Assembly: GCA_964469215.1 (NCBI GenBank)
Contig: CAYXYB010000013.1
Span: 17,305 to 81,304 of the forward strand
Length of the DNA: 64,000 nucleotides
Direction of reading: 5' to 3'
Source: an uncultured Lentimicrobiaceae bacterium
GTDB taxonomy: Bacteria > Bacteroidota > Bacteroidia > Bacteroidales > SKPS01
Shown here: positions 27,344-37,487 of the stretch, in pieces
How positions within the stretch are numbered: position 1 is the stretch's first letter
Layout of the letters: every line of letters begins with the position of its first letter
Translations under genes and position numbers: made by a program
The notes under the pieces: model-generated
Told to the model about the DNA's origin: nothing
Database searches by the model: none
The model's input: the letters and a program-made list of their open reading frames with translations, nothing else

Positions 27344-30226
27344 TTACCGAATATATGATTCAATTGGCTCACAGGCACAAACAAGATTTCTATCGCCATA
27401 TGCATCATCAATCCTTCTGACAGGAGTGAAATACTTGTCAACTCCAGAGTATTCCAGCGGGAAGGCAGCTTTTGTTCTTGAATATGGATATTTCCACTCG
27501 TCTGACGCCACCATTGCAAGGGTGTGTGGAGCATTTTTAATTGGATTATCTGCTTTGTCACACTTACCATTTTCAATTTCGCTGATTTCGGAGCGTATGC
27601 TCCTCATGGCATTAATAAACCTGTTGAGTTCACTCAGGGGTTCACTTTCGGTAGGTTCAACCATTAATGTACCATGCACAGGAAATGCAACTGTGGGAGC
27701 ATGGAATCCGTAATCCATCAAACGTTTGGCTATATCCACAACCTCGATGTCAGCTGAACGTTTGAACTCATGGCAATCGAGGATAAATTCATGTGCCACC
27801 CTACCCATATTATTTGTGTACAGTATTATATAATCCTGTTCCAGCGAAGATTTTAAATAATTAGCTGTCAGGATTGCACTATCGGTAGCAGCTTTCAGTC
27901 CGTCACCTCCAAGCAATTTTATGTATGCGTAAGAAATAGTTAGTATTAATGCACTTCCGAAAGGGGCTGCTGAGACGGCGCTTATTGCTTCATTGCTGAT
28001 GCTGCTTGTCATGATATGACCCGGAAGGAATGGTGCCAGGTGTTTTGCAACACAAACAGGGCCAACGCCAGGGCCGCCACCACCATGAGGGATGGCAAAT
28101 GTTTTGTGCAGATTCAGGTGGCAGACATCGGCACCTATGATAGCTGGATTAGTATATCCTACCTGTGCATTCATATTTGCACCATCCATATATACCTGAC
28201 CTCCATGCTGATGAACAATGGAGGTGAGTTCTAGGATACCCTCTTCATAAACTCCGTGCGTAGATGGATAGGTGACCATAATTGCAGCCAGGGTATCATT
28301 GTATTGTTCAGCTTTAGATTTAAGATCCGAAAGATCAATATTTCCATTGTCATCGCAAGCAACCACAACAACTTTCATCCCGGCCATTACAGCACTAGCA
28401 GGGTTTGTACCATGTGCTGATGAAGGTATAAGGCAGATGTTTCGCTGGTTCTGTCCAATACTTTTCAGATACTCCATTATAACAAGCAGTCCGGTATATT
28501 CACCTGAAGCACCTGAGTTGGGCATAAATGAAACAGCATTGAATCCGGTAATTTCACAAAGGTCTTTTCCGAGGTTGCTGATTATTTCCAGATATCCTTC
28601 AGCTTGTTCAACGGGCACGAATGGATGGACGGAGGCAAAACCGGGCCAGCTCAATGCAAACATTTCGGCTGCAGCGTTAAGTTTCATTGTGCATGAGCCA
28701 AGAGGAATCATGGTGCGGTTTAACGCGAGGTCTCGGTTTTCAAGCAGCTTCATGTAGCGCATCATCTCGGTCTCAGAATGATAGGTGTTGAATACCGGGT
28801 GTATTAGATAAGCTGATGTTCTGCTTAAAACATCCGGGAAAGTATTAATCTTACTGCATTCTTCAGGGATACAGACAAATTTTGAGAACTTCATTCCAGA
28901 AGCTTCAGCAAGTATTTCAAGTATATTGTTTACATCATCAAGACTTGTGGTTTCATCAAGTGAAATTCCAATATGCTGGTTATCAATATAACGAAGGTTG
29001 ATTCTGTGTTTTTCTGCAATAATCCTGATTTTTTCAGACGATGTTGTTGCAGGTAGTTTTAGTTTTATAGTGTCGAAGTATGCAGAATTTTGCTGATTGT
29101 ATCCATATTTTCCAGCTTCATTGGCAAGAACCCCGGTAAGGATGTTGATATTACGGGCTATTGCCTTCAATCCTTGAGGGCCGTGAAATGCTGCATAGAA
29201 ACCTGCCATATTAGCCAGCAGGGCCTGAGCAGTGCAGATATTGGAAGTAGCTCTTTCGCGTTTTATATGTTGTTCGCGGGTCTGAAGTGCCATACGCAGA
29301 GCTCTGTTGCCATCAATATCAACAGAAACACCGATAATTCGTCCCGGCATATATCTTTTAAAGTCCTCACGCGCAGCAAAATAAGCTGCATGGGGGCCTC
29401 CGAAGCCCATTGGTATACCAAAACGCTGTGTTGAACCAACAACCACATCTGCACCCCACTCACCCGGAGGGGTAAGGAGTGTAAGGCTCAGAATATCTGC
29501 TGCGACAGCAACCACCAGGCTATGTTCATGAGCTTCTGAAGTAAAGGCAGCATAATCATGGATTTCACCGTATTGATCAGGGTACTGAATCAAAGCTCCG
29601 AACCATGAGTCATCAAAATGAACATTCCGGAAATTGCCAGATACAGGTTCAATACCAAGAGGTAGTGCCCTGGTTTTCATTACCTCTGCTGTGTGAGGAA
29701 ACACACTTTCGTCAATTAAGAATTTAACGGAATTAGCTTTGACTTTATCGCGCGACCTGGAATTGAACGCCATGATCATTGCTTCTGCTGCAGCTGTACC
29801 CTCATCGAGAAGTGATGCATTGGCAAGAGGCATTCCGGTAAGATCACAAACCATTGTCTGAAAGTTTAGCAAAGCCTCCAGTCGGCCCTGACTAATCTCA
29901 GCCTGATAAGGGGTGTAGGATGTGTACCACCCCGGATTCTCGAGTATGTTACGGAGTATTACCCCAGGAGTTATGGTGTTGTAGTAACCGATTCCAATGT
30001 AGGTTCTGTAGATTTTGTTTTTTGCTGCCAGATCCTGCATGTGGTTCATAAGTTCATACTCATTGATGCCTTTTTGCAGATTCAAGGGAGATTTCAGCCT
30101 GATTGACAATGGGATTGTTTCATCAATCAGATCTTGCATGCTTGATGCGCCTGTTACCTCAAGCATCTTCTTCTCTTCCCCGCGGGCTGGACCATTGTGT
30201 CTTTTAATAAAATTGTCGGTTATCAT
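27344..30226 (-). CDS. gcvP: glycine dehydrogenase (decarboxylating), single-chain P protein of the glycine cleavage system
   Basis: 960 aa. F(I/A)KRHNGP N-terminus, TYIGIGYY..ITP.VI.RNILENPGWYTSYTPYQAEISQGRLE, and the PLP-site region CHLNLHKTFAIPHGGGGPG. Confidence 0.95.
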   Translation of the reverse strand: MITDNFIKRHNGPARGEEKKMLEVTGASSMQDLIDETIPLSIRLKSPLNLQKGINEYELMNHMQDLAAKNKIYRTYIGIGYYNTITPGVILRNILENPGWYTSYTPYQAEISQGRLEALLNFQTMVCDLTGMPLANASLLDEGTAAAEAMIMAFNSRSRDKVKANSVKFLIDESVFPHTAEVMKTRALPLGIEPVSGNFRNVHFDDSWFGALIQYPDQYGEIHDYAAFTSEAHEHSLVVAVAADILSLTLLTPPGEWGADVVVGSTQRFGIPMGFGGPHAAYFAAREDFKRYMPGRIIGVSVDIDGNRALRMALQTREQHIKRERATSNICTAQALLANMAGFYAAFHGPQGLKAIARNINILTGVLANEAGKYGYNQQNSAYFDTIKLKLPATTSSEKIRIIAEKHRINLRYIDNQHIGISLDETTSLDDVNNILEILAEASGMKFSKFVCIPEECSKINTFPDVLSRTSAYLIHPVFNTYHSETEMMRYMKLLENRDLALNRTMIPLGSCTMKLNAAAEMFALSWPGFASVHPFVPVEQAEGYLEIISNLGKDLCEITGFNAVSFMPNSGASGEYTGLLVIMEYLKSIGQNQRNICLIPSSAHGTNPASAVMAGMKVVVVACDDNGNIDLSDLKSKAEQYNDTLAAIMVTYPSTHGVYEEGILELTSIVHQHGGQVYMDGANMNAQVGYTNPAIIGADVCHLNLHKTFAIPHGGGGPGVGPVCVAKHLAPFLPGHIMTSSISNEAISAVSAAPFGSALILTISYAYIKLLGGDGLKAATDSAILTANYLKSSLEQDYIILYTNNMGRVAHEFILDCHEFKRSADIEVVDIAKRLMDYGFHAPTVAFPVHGTLMVEPTESEPLSELNRFINAMRSIRSEISEIENGKCDKADNPIKNAPHTLAMVASDEWKYPYSRTKAAFPLEYSGVDKYFTPVRRIDDAYGDRNLVCACEPIESYIR

Positions 30227-30254
30227 TTCAGTTGTGTTTTATAATTCGGATCGG

Positions 30255-30262
30255 CAAAAATA
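30255..30262 (-). promoter_or_regulatory. candidate -7 box (TATTTTTG on minus strand) for gcvP
   Basis: The plus strand reads CAAAAATA, 28 nt upstream of the ATG at 30226. Confidence 0.4.
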
Positions 30263-30499
30263 AACAAAAGAGAATAACAACTTATCAGAAACACCTTATT
30301 AAAAACTTATCTGCAGAGGTCGCTAAGAGTTCATTTTAAAGGTTAATTAATTTGTTACCAAGATGGTAAAAAAGCATTTCTTTGCGTACTTTGGGCAACT
30401 TCAGCGCACTTTGCGGTTTAAAGATTTTTCGGCGTAGCCTCAAAATCTATATTTACATTTAAATGGCATTATGACAGGAAAAGTTAACCGGAAAAACTC

Positions 30500-30507
30500 T
30501 ATCTTTG
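30500..30507 (+). promoter_or_regulatory. candidate -7 box TATCTTTG for the bifunctional-nuclease gene
   Basis: Exact TAnnTTTG match 67 nt upstream of the ATG at 30575. Confidence 0.4.
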
Positions 30508-30574
30508 TAATTTATTACCATAATGCATCATCTATTTGGTATTTACCTGATTTATAAACGGAACAGCTTTTAGC

Positions 30575-31174
30575 ATGTCGAAAATCGAGCTGAATGTTGT
30601 TGGTATATCCAGCAGTCAGACCCAAAGTGGGGGTTATGCTCTAATTCTGGCTGAGCGTGAAGGCACAAGGCGCTTACCTATAATAATAGGGGTTTATGAA
30701 GCGCAGTCAATCGCAATCTACATCGAGAACATGAAACCACCACGGCCACTCACTCATGATCTTTTTAAAACATTTGCTATCGAGCACCAGATCATTGTCA
30801 AGGAGGTTCTGATAAGCAAATTCCAGGAGGGAATATTTTATGCTGAGATTCACTCTATTGATGCTCAGGGGAACGAGGTGGTAACAGATGCCCGTACATC
30901 AGATGCCGTTGCAATAGCTTTGCGTTTCAACTGCCCTATTTACACAACCGAGCAGGTTATTTCACAAACAGGGATTCAGTTTGAACCCGAGGCAGAGGAT
31001 GAGGAAAATGAAATCGGGGAACTAACAGAACCAAATAAAACTGATCATACAGATGACCTTCAAGACCTTTCTCATGAAGACCTGAAAACGATGCTCGACG
31101 AAGCAATATCGTCAGAGAATTATGAATTAGCCTCAAAAATCCGGGATGAGATCAACAGAAGAAAAAAAGGATGA
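30575..31174 (+). CDS. bifunctional nuclease (DUF151/BFN) family protein with a C-terminal UVR motif
   Basis: GYALILAEREGTRRLPIIIGVYEAQSIAIYIENMKPPRPLTHDL matches the BFN domain. The C-terminal ENYELASKIRDEINRRK is a UvrB/UvrC-type motif. Confidence 0.8.
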   Translation: MSKIELNVVGISSSQTQSGGYALILAEREGTRRLPIIIGVYEAQSIAIYIENMKPPRPLTHDLFKTFAIEHQIIVKEVLISKFQEGIFYAEIHSIDAQGNEVVTDARTSDAVAIALRFNCPIYTTEQVISQTGIQFEPEAEDEENEIGELTEPNKTDHTDDLQDLSHEDLKTMLDEAISSENYELASKIRDEINRRKKG

Positions 31175-31284
31175 TCAGGAACGGACACTGTATTATTATC
31201 TTCGAGATGCATTACCATCAGGAAATTAAATCTCCCCCGGAACATCAGAACAATTGCTGAAAATTAACTGTTAAAATTCTGTAT

Positions 31285-32079
31285 ATGCAACAATACCTTT
31301 CCCTTCTCGATCATGTTCTCAGACATGGAACCCGGAAAGATGACCGCACCGGTACAGGTACGCTGAGTATCTTTGGATACCAGATGAGGTTCGATCTGAA
31401 TGAGGGTTTCCCATGCATGACAACAAAGAAACTTCATTTGCGATCAATTATCCATGAATTGCTCTGGTTCCTCAAAGGTAACACCAACATAGCATATTTA
31501 AAGAACAATGGTGTAACAATATGGGATGAGTGGGCTGACCCGGAAGGTAATCTTGGTCCAGTTTATGGATACCAATGGCGTTCATGGCCTACCTCTGACG
31601 GAGGTTTTGTGGATCAGATAAGCCAGGTGATCGATGCAATAAAAAACAATCCGGATTCAAGGCGACATATTGTGAGTGCATGGAATGTAGCCGACATAGA
31701 TAAAATGGCGCTGCCACCATGTCATGTAATATTTCAGTTTTATGTTGCTGAAGGTTCACTGAGCTGTCAGATGTACCAGAGAAGCGCTGACATTTTTCTT
31801 GGAGTACCTTTCAACATTGCAAGTTACTCAATTCTCACCCACATGGTTGCTCAGGTTACAGGGTTAAAGCCAGGTTGGTTCGTCCATACTTTCGGTGATG
31901 CGCACATATACCTCAACCATCTCGAACAGGTTAATCTTCAACTTACCCGTAAACCGATGAAACTGCCAACACTTAAGCTCAATCCTGTAATAAATAATAT
32001 TTTCGACTTCACCTTCGACGACATATCTCTTGAAAATTATCAGGCACATCCTCATATTAAGGGGGAAATAGCTGTTTAG
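31285..32079 (+). CDS. thyA: thymidylate synthase
   Basis: 264 aa. MQQYL.LL..VL..G..K.DRTGTGT.S.FG.QMRFDL, the active-site region ALPPCH, and DAHIY.NH. Confidence 0.97.
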   Translation: MQQYLSLLDHVLRHGTRKDDRTGTGTLSIFGYQMRFDLNEGFPCMTTKKLHLRSIIHELLWFLKGNTNIAYLKNNGVTIWDEWADPEGNLGPVYGYQWRSWPTSDGGFVDQISQVIDAIKNNPDSRRHIVSAWNVADIDKMALPPCHVIFQFYVAEGSLSCQMYQRSADIFLGVPFNIASYSILTHMVAQVTGLKPGWFVHTFGDAHIYLNHLEQVNLQLTRKPMKLPTLKLNPVINNIFDFTFDDISLENYQAHPHIKGEIAV

Positions 32080-32080
32080 T

Positions 32081-32593
32081 ATGACGAAAAGCGAAAAACA
32101 AAAAATTGCCATCATTGTGGCATTCGACAATAACAGAGCCATTGGCTGGAAGGGGGAAATGCCATGGAGATTGTCTGCCGACCTGAAAAGGTTTAAGAAA
32201 ATCACAATGGATTACCCTGTGATTATGGGAAGAAAGACCTTTGAATCTTTACCAAACGGGGCTCTTCCGGGAAGAATAAACATTGTTGTAACCGGAAACA
32301 TCGATTTTTCTGCCGATAACATAATAGTAGCACACTCTCCGGAACAGGCTGTTGAGATTTGCCGCGATTCTGACAAAGTGTTTATCATTGGTGGAGGGAA
32401 TCTTTACAGGGAGTTTATAAAAAAGGCTGATATTCTTTATCTGACACAGATAGATCACAATTACCAGGCTGATACATGGTTCCCGGAATATGATGCTGAT
32501 TTATATGAAGTAGTTGAAGAAGAATATGTTGACAATGACCCAAAATTTCCGTATCCCTATTCTTTTAAAATCCTTAAGTATAAAAACAAATAA
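32081..32593 (+). CDS. folA: dihydrofolate reductase
   Basis: 170 aa. IGWKGEMPWRL..DLKRFKKIT....VIMGRKTFESLP...LPGR.NIVV, then IGGG.LY. It starts 1 nt after the thyA stop. Confidence 0.92.
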   Translation: MTKSEKQKIAIIVAFDNNRAIGWKGEMPWRLSADLKRFKKITMDYPVIMGRKTFESLPNGALPGRINIVVTGNIDFSADNIIVAHSPEQAVEICRDSDKVFIIGGGNLYREFIKKADILYLTQIDHNYQADTWFPEYDADLYEVVEEEYVDNDPKFPYPYSFKILKYKNK

Positions 32594-32628
32594 TTAACGA
32601 ACAGAACATCTTTTTAACCATTTATTCG

Positions 32629-32636
32629 TAACTTTG
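32629..32636 (+). promoter_or_regulatory. candidate -7 box TAACTTTG for the 32716 lipoprotein gene
   Basis: Exact TAnnTTTG match 79 nt upstream of the ATG. Confidence 0.3.
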
Positions 32637-32715
32637 TTAATCCAAAAACGTAATCAGAGTTTTCTTATAACATCAAAGAAACCATAGAAAAATCATTCAC
32701 CAAATACCAATTAAC

Positions 32716-33501
32716 ATGAAAAAGCTATTCTATTTTCTTTCATCCGCTTTTGCTATTACTGCAATTTTAGCCTCCAGCTCATGCGACACCGATTTGACAA
32801 AGATTGACACTAAACCGGCAGAATCAGCCCTTGAGGTTCTTAAAACTTTTTCAGATATCATAATCACAGTAGATGATGGACTAATACCTGACAGTACCAA
32901 GAGTGGCATGAAAATGAATAAGAAGGACTACACAGAGACTATAACCGGAGATTTTCCAAACAAGGAAATCAGATGGGATTTTGGGGCAGATGGTGATTAT
33001 CAGGGTGTTATAATCATGTATCTCACTGATGAGTACACCAATCCAAGTGCTGTGGTACAGGTATCGTTTGAAAACTTCTTATACAAGAACAAACCCGTTG
33101 ATGGTGTAGTTACTTTTGAAAACCTGGGCAAGAATAACGAGGACATGGATGAATACACCGTAGAACTTAATCAGACTAAGGTTGGAACAAATGAGCTTTC
33201 TGCTGCATGGAAATTACAACGAACCGCTGGTGGCGAAACTCCCGATCCATCGGATGACCTCATTACTCTCAGCCAGGTAGATCAGAATGTAGCCTCTGGC
33301 ATTACTGACGAAGGTGTTTCTTTCACGCTGAAACTTGAAAATCCGCTGGTACTTGACCTTAGTTGTGAGTTCATCATTACGAAGGGTATTTTCGAGATGG
33401 TATTCTCAGACAGTTTTCTTAAAGCTGATTTCGGACAGGGTGAATGTGACAGGCTGGTAAACGTGTCGAATGGTGTACTGAAAGCAGATCTTTATCTTTA
33501 A
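32716..33501 (+). CDS. lipoprotein of unknown function
   Basis: Lipobox-like signal MKKLFYFLSSAFAITAILASSSC. 261 aa with no recognisable catalytic motif. Confidence 0.75.
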   Translation: MKKLFYFLSSAFAITAILASSSCDTDLTKIDTKPAESALEVLKTFSDIIITVDDGLIPDSTKSGMKMNKKDYTETITGDFPNKEIRWDFGADGDYQGVIIMYLTDEYTNPSAVVQVSFENFLYKNKPVDGVVTFENLGKNNEDMDEYTVELNQTKVGTNELSAAWKLQRTAGGETPDPSDDLITLSQVDQNVASGITDEGVSFTLKLENPLVLDLSCEFIITKGIFEMVFSDSFLKADFGQGECDRLVNVSNGVLKADLYL

Positions 33502-33527
33502 TCAGAAGATAAAAATAAAATAATGCC

Positions 33528-33559
33528 AAACCTGGTGGGTGAAATTACCCATCAGGTTT
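33528..33559 (+). terminator. intrinsic terminator after the 32716 gene, overlapping the stop of the convergent 33552 gene
   Basis: 13-bp stem AAACCTGGTGGGT / ACCCATCAGGTTT (one G-U pair) with a 6-nt loop, followed by a TTTTCTTTTCTTCTTTTTT run. Confidence 0.7.
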
Positions 33560-34844
33560 TTCTTTTCTTCTTTTTTGCTGCCGGGAAAAGTACATTATTT
33601 AATATCAGGCGATAACCGGGGCTGTTTGGATAAAGGTCGAGGTCGGTAGGTGGGTCCCCGACTAAATGCTGGTAATCTTCCGGATCATGGCCACCGTAGA
33701 ACGTCCATGTACCATTTCCAAATTCCCCATGGATATATCTGGCTTCGCTGGCAGGTTTGTTCTCACCCATTATCAGAACGTGGCTCTTAATGAGTGGGCT
33801 GTTGAATGCAGTCGTTTGTCCCATAAAACCTTTTATTGTTGTTTCATGGTTCTGGCAAAGCATCGAAGGTACGGGATCCCATTTTGCAGAGAAGTCGAAA
33901 AGATTAAAAAAATCGTTATTCCTGTTAAGGGTTTTGGGCCGGGTATCAGTAACATCAATATCTGAAATTTCATACCTGTAAGGTGAAATTACGAGGGAAA
34001 AATTATGGAAGGCAAAACAGTTCTGATAGTTTAGTTTTTTCTGTGCATCGGGGTCCATTGGATCACCGTCGAACATGGCATCACATATATCCACTCCATC
34101 AGCAGCGAGGGCTACGTCGTAGCTATCCGGTGCTGAACACATAGCAAACATATATCCCCCACCGGCAACAAAATCCCTTATCTTTTTGGCTACTGCAAGT
34201 TTTAAGTTTGAGACTTTATTAAAGCCAAGCTTCCTGGCGAGCGATTCCTGATAACGAACCTCTTCAATATACCATGAATAATTGCGGTAACTATACCAGA
34301 ATTTTCCGTATTGCCCTGTAAAATCTTCATGATGAAGGTGCAGCCAGTCGTAGGTTGGCAGAACACCACTCATAACTTCTTCGTCATAAATTGCATCGTA
34401 AGGGATCTCAGCATAAGTCAGAACAAGGGTAACTGCATCATCCCAGGGGAGTTTGTTTTCGGGGGTATAAACCGCAATCCGTGGTGGTTTGTTAAGCCTT
34501 ATATCCTGCTGATTAATTTCTGGTTGTGCTATCTGTTGCCTGATAACTCCAGCCTGAACATCTGCAATAATCTCGTACGTTACTCCACGTAAATTACATT
34601 CTGTCTCCAGTGCTTTGGTGTGAGCAAACATAAAACTTCCACCCCTGTAATTAAGTAGCCAGCTAACCTCTATATCTTTTGTGAGGGTATAATAAGCTAT
34701 ACCATAAGCCTTAAGATGGTTTTTTTGCCGGTTATCCATTGGGATAAGAATTTGAGCTGAGAAAAGGGTATTCAGGGTTGCAAACAACAGAAGTGCCGTA
34801 ATAACTGATCTTCTTATAAAAAATCCTGTCATTTTATTTTTCAT
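33552..34844 (-). CDS. secreted protein of a conserved Bacteroidota family, possibly a class-I glutamine-amidotransferase-like fold (function unknown)
   Basis: 430 aa with a signal peptide. ILIPMDNRQKNHLKAYGIAYY and GGGYMFAMCSAPDSYD resemble a family I recall being annotated, probably wrongly, as asparagine synthetase B. Fold assignment is from memory only. Confidence 0.75.
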   Translation of the reverse strand: MKNKMTGFFIRRSVITALLLFATLNTLFSAQILIPMDNRQKNHLKAYGIAYYTLTKDIEVSWLLNYRGGSFMFAHTKALETECNLRGVTYEIIADVQAGVIRQQIAQPEINQQDIRLNKPPRIAVYTPENKLPWDDAVTLVLTYAEIPYDAIYDEEVMSGVLPTYDWLHLHHEDFTGQYGKFWYSYRNYSWYIEEVRYQESLARKLGFNKVSNLKLAVAKKIRDFVAGGGYMFAMCSAPDSYDVALAADGVDICDAMFDGDPMDPDAQKKLNYQNCFAFHNFSLVISPYRYEISDIDVTDTRPKTLNRNNDFFNLFDFSAKWDPVPSMLCQNHETTIKGFMGQTTAFNSPLIKSHVLIMGENKPASEARYIHGEFGNGTWTFYGGHDPEDYQHLVGDPPTDLDLYPNSPGYRLILNNVLFPAAKKKKRKT

Positions 34845-34927
34845 TCATGGTTAAAAAGATGTATACGCCTAGGCATACCATAATATATAACATATAACGC
34901 AGAAAAAATGTTTTGCTTGTATCCAAA

Positions 34928-36505
34928 TCAGATGGGTGGTTCAACATCTTCTCCGAATGTATCATCCGGATCATTCATTTTCGATTGCCTGATTATTGAT
35001 TTCGATTGTGACTGTTTGCCTGATTTAACCTCGGGAAAATCGCTGATAAAAGGTGAAGAGTGCTCAAAAGTTATATCGGGATTTTCGAACCTGGCGAAGT
35101 TACTCACAAACTTCAGGATAAAATCTTCGAGCCGGCCATTACGGTGTTTGGCAATAATAAATTCAGCAAGGCCTTTGGATGAATAACCGTTCAATTCGTC
35201 GATTTTGTATAATTCAGGTCTATAAATAAACATCACCATATCGGCATCCTGTTCAATAGCGCCTGATTCCCTGAGGTCGGACAATATAGGCCTTTTGGGG
35301 CCTCCCCTCGTCTCGACAGATCTGTTAAGCTGTGACAGGCATATAATTGGTATTTCAAGCTCTTTGGCAAGTGCCTTAAGAGAACGTGAGATGGTGCTTA
35401 TCTCCTGCTCACGGTTAATACTTCTGATTGAACCACCACCGACATTACGGTCACGTTCACCTGAAATGGTCATCAACTGAAGGTAATCAACTATTATAAG
35501 TTGGATATCATGTTGAGCCTTAAGTTTTCTGGCCTTGGTCCTCAACTCAAATGATGAAAGAGCTGGAGTATCATCAATAAACAGTTTTGCATCAATAAGT
35601 GCATTTAACTTGTTATGCAGATGTGTCCATTCCTGGTTGTCGAGATTACCTTTTCTCAGTTTTTCTGATTCGATATCCGATTCACTGGCAATAAGCCTTG
35701 TAATAAGCTGAACGGCTGACATTTCGAGGGAGAAAACAGCAACAGGTTTTTTATATTCTACTGCGACATTTCTGGCCAGGGTAAGCACAAATGCTGTTTT
35801 ACCCATCCCGGGGCGTGCAGCAATGATGATAAGGTCAGATTTCTGCCATCCTGCGGTAATGTTGTCGAGTTGTGGAAATCCGGATGGGACACCACTTATA
35901 TGACCTTCATGCTTTCTGGCCTCTTCAATCTGGGTAAGTGCTTCCTTAACCAGGCCAGACATATCTTCAAAACCACGGCGAAAATTGCTCTGACTGACGT
36001 TAAAAAGCTCTGATTCAGTCCGGTCAAGTAAATCAAAAACATCAACAGTATCTTCAAAAGCGTCCTGTATCACCTCGCCAGAAATTCTAATAAGCTCTCT
36101 CTGAAGGTATTTCTGAGCGATGATTCTAGCATAGAATTCAACATTTGCAGCAGATGCTATTCTGGAGGTAAGCTGGGTCAGATAGAATGGCCCACCGCAC
36201 AGCTCCAGCTCTCCGGAGTTTTTCAGATGACTTGTAACAGTGAGTAGGTCAACAGGTTCATTTTTACTGAAAATAGCCATGACAGCCGAATAGATTCTGC
36301 TATGGCTGTCTTTGTAAAACATCTCTGGCCTGATGATGTCAATTACTTTGTTCAGGGCATTTTGATCCAGCATCATTGCCCCCAGAACAGCCTCTTCAAG
36401 GTCAAGTGCCTGAGGGGGAATCTTGCCTCCGGAATAAACCGGATCCTGAGCTGAACGCCTAATTGATAATGCTTTAGCATCCCCGGTCTTCTTGATATCT
36501 TCCAT
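34928..36505 (-). CDS. dnaB: replicative DNA helicase
   Basis: PPQALDLEEAVLGAMM N-terminal domain, Walker A ARPGMGKTAF, and the DYLQLM and SQLNR motifs. Start set at the ATG at 36505 (MEDIKKTG); the ORF-track start is a TTG inside the promoter box. Confidence 0.95.
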   Translation of the reverse strand: MEDIKKTGDAKALSIRRSAQDPVYSGGKIPPQALDLEEAVLGAMMLDQNALNKVIDIIRPEMFYKDSHSRIYSAVMAIFSKNEPVDLLTVTSHLKNSGELELCGGPFYLTQLTSRIASAANVEFYARIIAQKYLQRELIRISGEVIQDAFEDTVDVFDLLDRTESELFNVSQSNFRRGFEDMSGLVKEALTQIEEARKHEGHISGVPSGFPQLDNITAGWQKSDLIIIAARPGMGKTAFVLTLARNVAVEYKKPVAVFSLEMSAVQLITRLIASESDIESEKLRKGNLDNQEWTHLHNKLNALIDAKLFIDDTPALSSFELRTKARKLKAQHDIQLIIVDYLQLMTISGERDRNVGGGSIRSINREQEISTISRSLKALAKELEIPIICLSQLNRSVETRGGPKRPILSDLRESGAIEQDADMVMFIYRPELYKIDELNGYSSKGLAEFIIAKHRNGRLEDFILKFVSNFARFENPDITFEHSSPFISDFPEVKSGKQSQSKSIIRQSKMNDPDDTFGEDVEPPI

Positions 36506-36509
36506 ACCC

Positions 36510-36517
36510 CAAAGGTA
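36510..36517 (-). promoter_or_regulatory. candidate -7 box (TACCTTTG on minus strand), 4 nt upstream of the dnaB ATG
   Basis: The plus strand reads CAAAGGTA. Exactly 4 nt (ACCC) separate it from the ATG at 36505. Confidence 0.4.
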
Positions 36518-36747
36518 CAAAAAAGTGGTTTTCTGATTTATGTTAAACCGGAATAATTATGAACAAAAGAAGCTTAATTTGGGATTTCGTTTTTGTGGTG
36601 CTGAGTGTTGATATCGTTTGACAGGCTTTGTGCAGAATTTTATTTTCAATATTCATTCTGTCACGTGAGCCTTTTACAACGAATGTTCAGTTGCAAAGCT
36701 TTTTATTTCCTGCTGATAGGCGCAGAAAATAATCACCGTAAGATGGG

Positions 36748-37011
36748 TTGAACTTTGTTGAAGAAGGTACTGGCGTTGTCCAGGGGGTAGGTTTCAGGTA
36801 TTTTACCCAGCGGTCAGCCTGCAGCCTTGGTATAACTGGTTTTACAGAAAACCTTGAAGATGGCAGTGTAGCTATTGAAGCTGAAGGTGATAAAAAGAAC
36901 CTGGAACAGTTTGTAAGAGTAGTTTATCGTGGACCTCAGTGGGCAAAAGTTGAAAATCTGGAGAAAAGAGACATTCCTCTTAAAAACGACACATTATTTA
37001 TTATCAGATAG
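36748..37011 (+). CDS. acyP: acylphosphatase
   Basis: 87 aa with the signature VQGVGFRYFT and a later GF..N..DGSV..EAEG...L..F......GP..A.V. TTG start; an in-frame TAA three codons upstream excludes a longer form. Confidence 0.75.
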   Translation: MNFVEEGTGVVQGVGFRYFTQRSACSLGITGFTENLEDGSVAIEAEGDKKNLEQFVRVVYRGPQWAKVENLEKRDIPLKNDTLFIIR

Positions 37012-37031
37012 TTCTATGTAAATTTCTCTGG

Positions 37032-37478
37032 CTATACATTCAGCAGTCCAACCACTTTTTTATCTATCGGGAAAGTTACATCATCAGGGGAAAGGCCATT
37101 AACAGGTACCCACCTGAAAACCTGAGCTCCTTCTACCTCGCTAAAATCAAAAGGTTTAACAGCAACTTCAATTTTATCAGGAGAAGGAATATCGACCGTA
37201 TAATAGATACTTATAAGTTGCTTTTGGGGTTTAACCAGGGCAGTAGGCTGAAAGAAGTCGGTAGTATATAAATGCCTGATATTAAAAGGTTCCTGGCCAA
37301 GTTCTTCGACAAATTCGCGCTTCAGGCAGTCAATTGTACCTTCACCAAACCTCAGCCCCCCACCGGGAAACTTTGTCATACGCCTGCCAAATCTGAATTC
37401 GTCCGTAAGTAATACCTCAAGAGACTTGCTGATCACAACACCATACACCCTTATAGTAAAATTTTCGGAGATTGTCAT
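37032..37478 (-). CDS. NUDIX hydrolase
   Basis: Nudix box GGGLRFGEGTIDCLKREFVEELGQ (G.5E.7REU.EE.GU). Confidence 0.85.
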   Translation of the reverse strand: MTISENFTIRVYGVVISKSLEVLLTDEFRFGRRMTKFPGGGLRFGEGTIDCLKREFVEELGQEPFNIRHLYTTDFFQPTALVKPQKQLISIYYTVDIPSPDKIEVAVKPFDFSEVEGAQVFRWVPVNGLSPDDVTFPIDKKVVGLLNV

Positions 37479-37487
37479 GCAGTAAAA

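Noticed and set aside
30227-30574. Expected glycine riboswitch upstream of gcvP
   Set aside because: I read the minus strand of the 348-nt region and found none of the conserved glycine-riboswitch cores (GGAGAG ... CACCG ... GGGGCAA/ACCGAAGGGGCAA). The leader after the candidate -7 box is only about 25 nt.
36559-36621. Small ORFs in long intergenic regions (20-aa MNKRSLIWDFVFVVLSVDIV at 36559-36621; 24-aa MVKKHFFAYFGQLQRTLRFKDFSA at 30363-30437)
   Set aside because: They are too short to judge, have no promoter box or conservation evidence available, and could arise by chance in AT-rich DNA.
36748-37011. Acylphosphatase as a possible 5'-truncated pseudogene
   Set aside because: An in-frame stop lies three codons upstream and the start is a TTG. 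However, the catalytic VQGVGFR loop and the full beta-alpha-beta core are intact, and 87 aa is within the family range. I kept it as a CDS.
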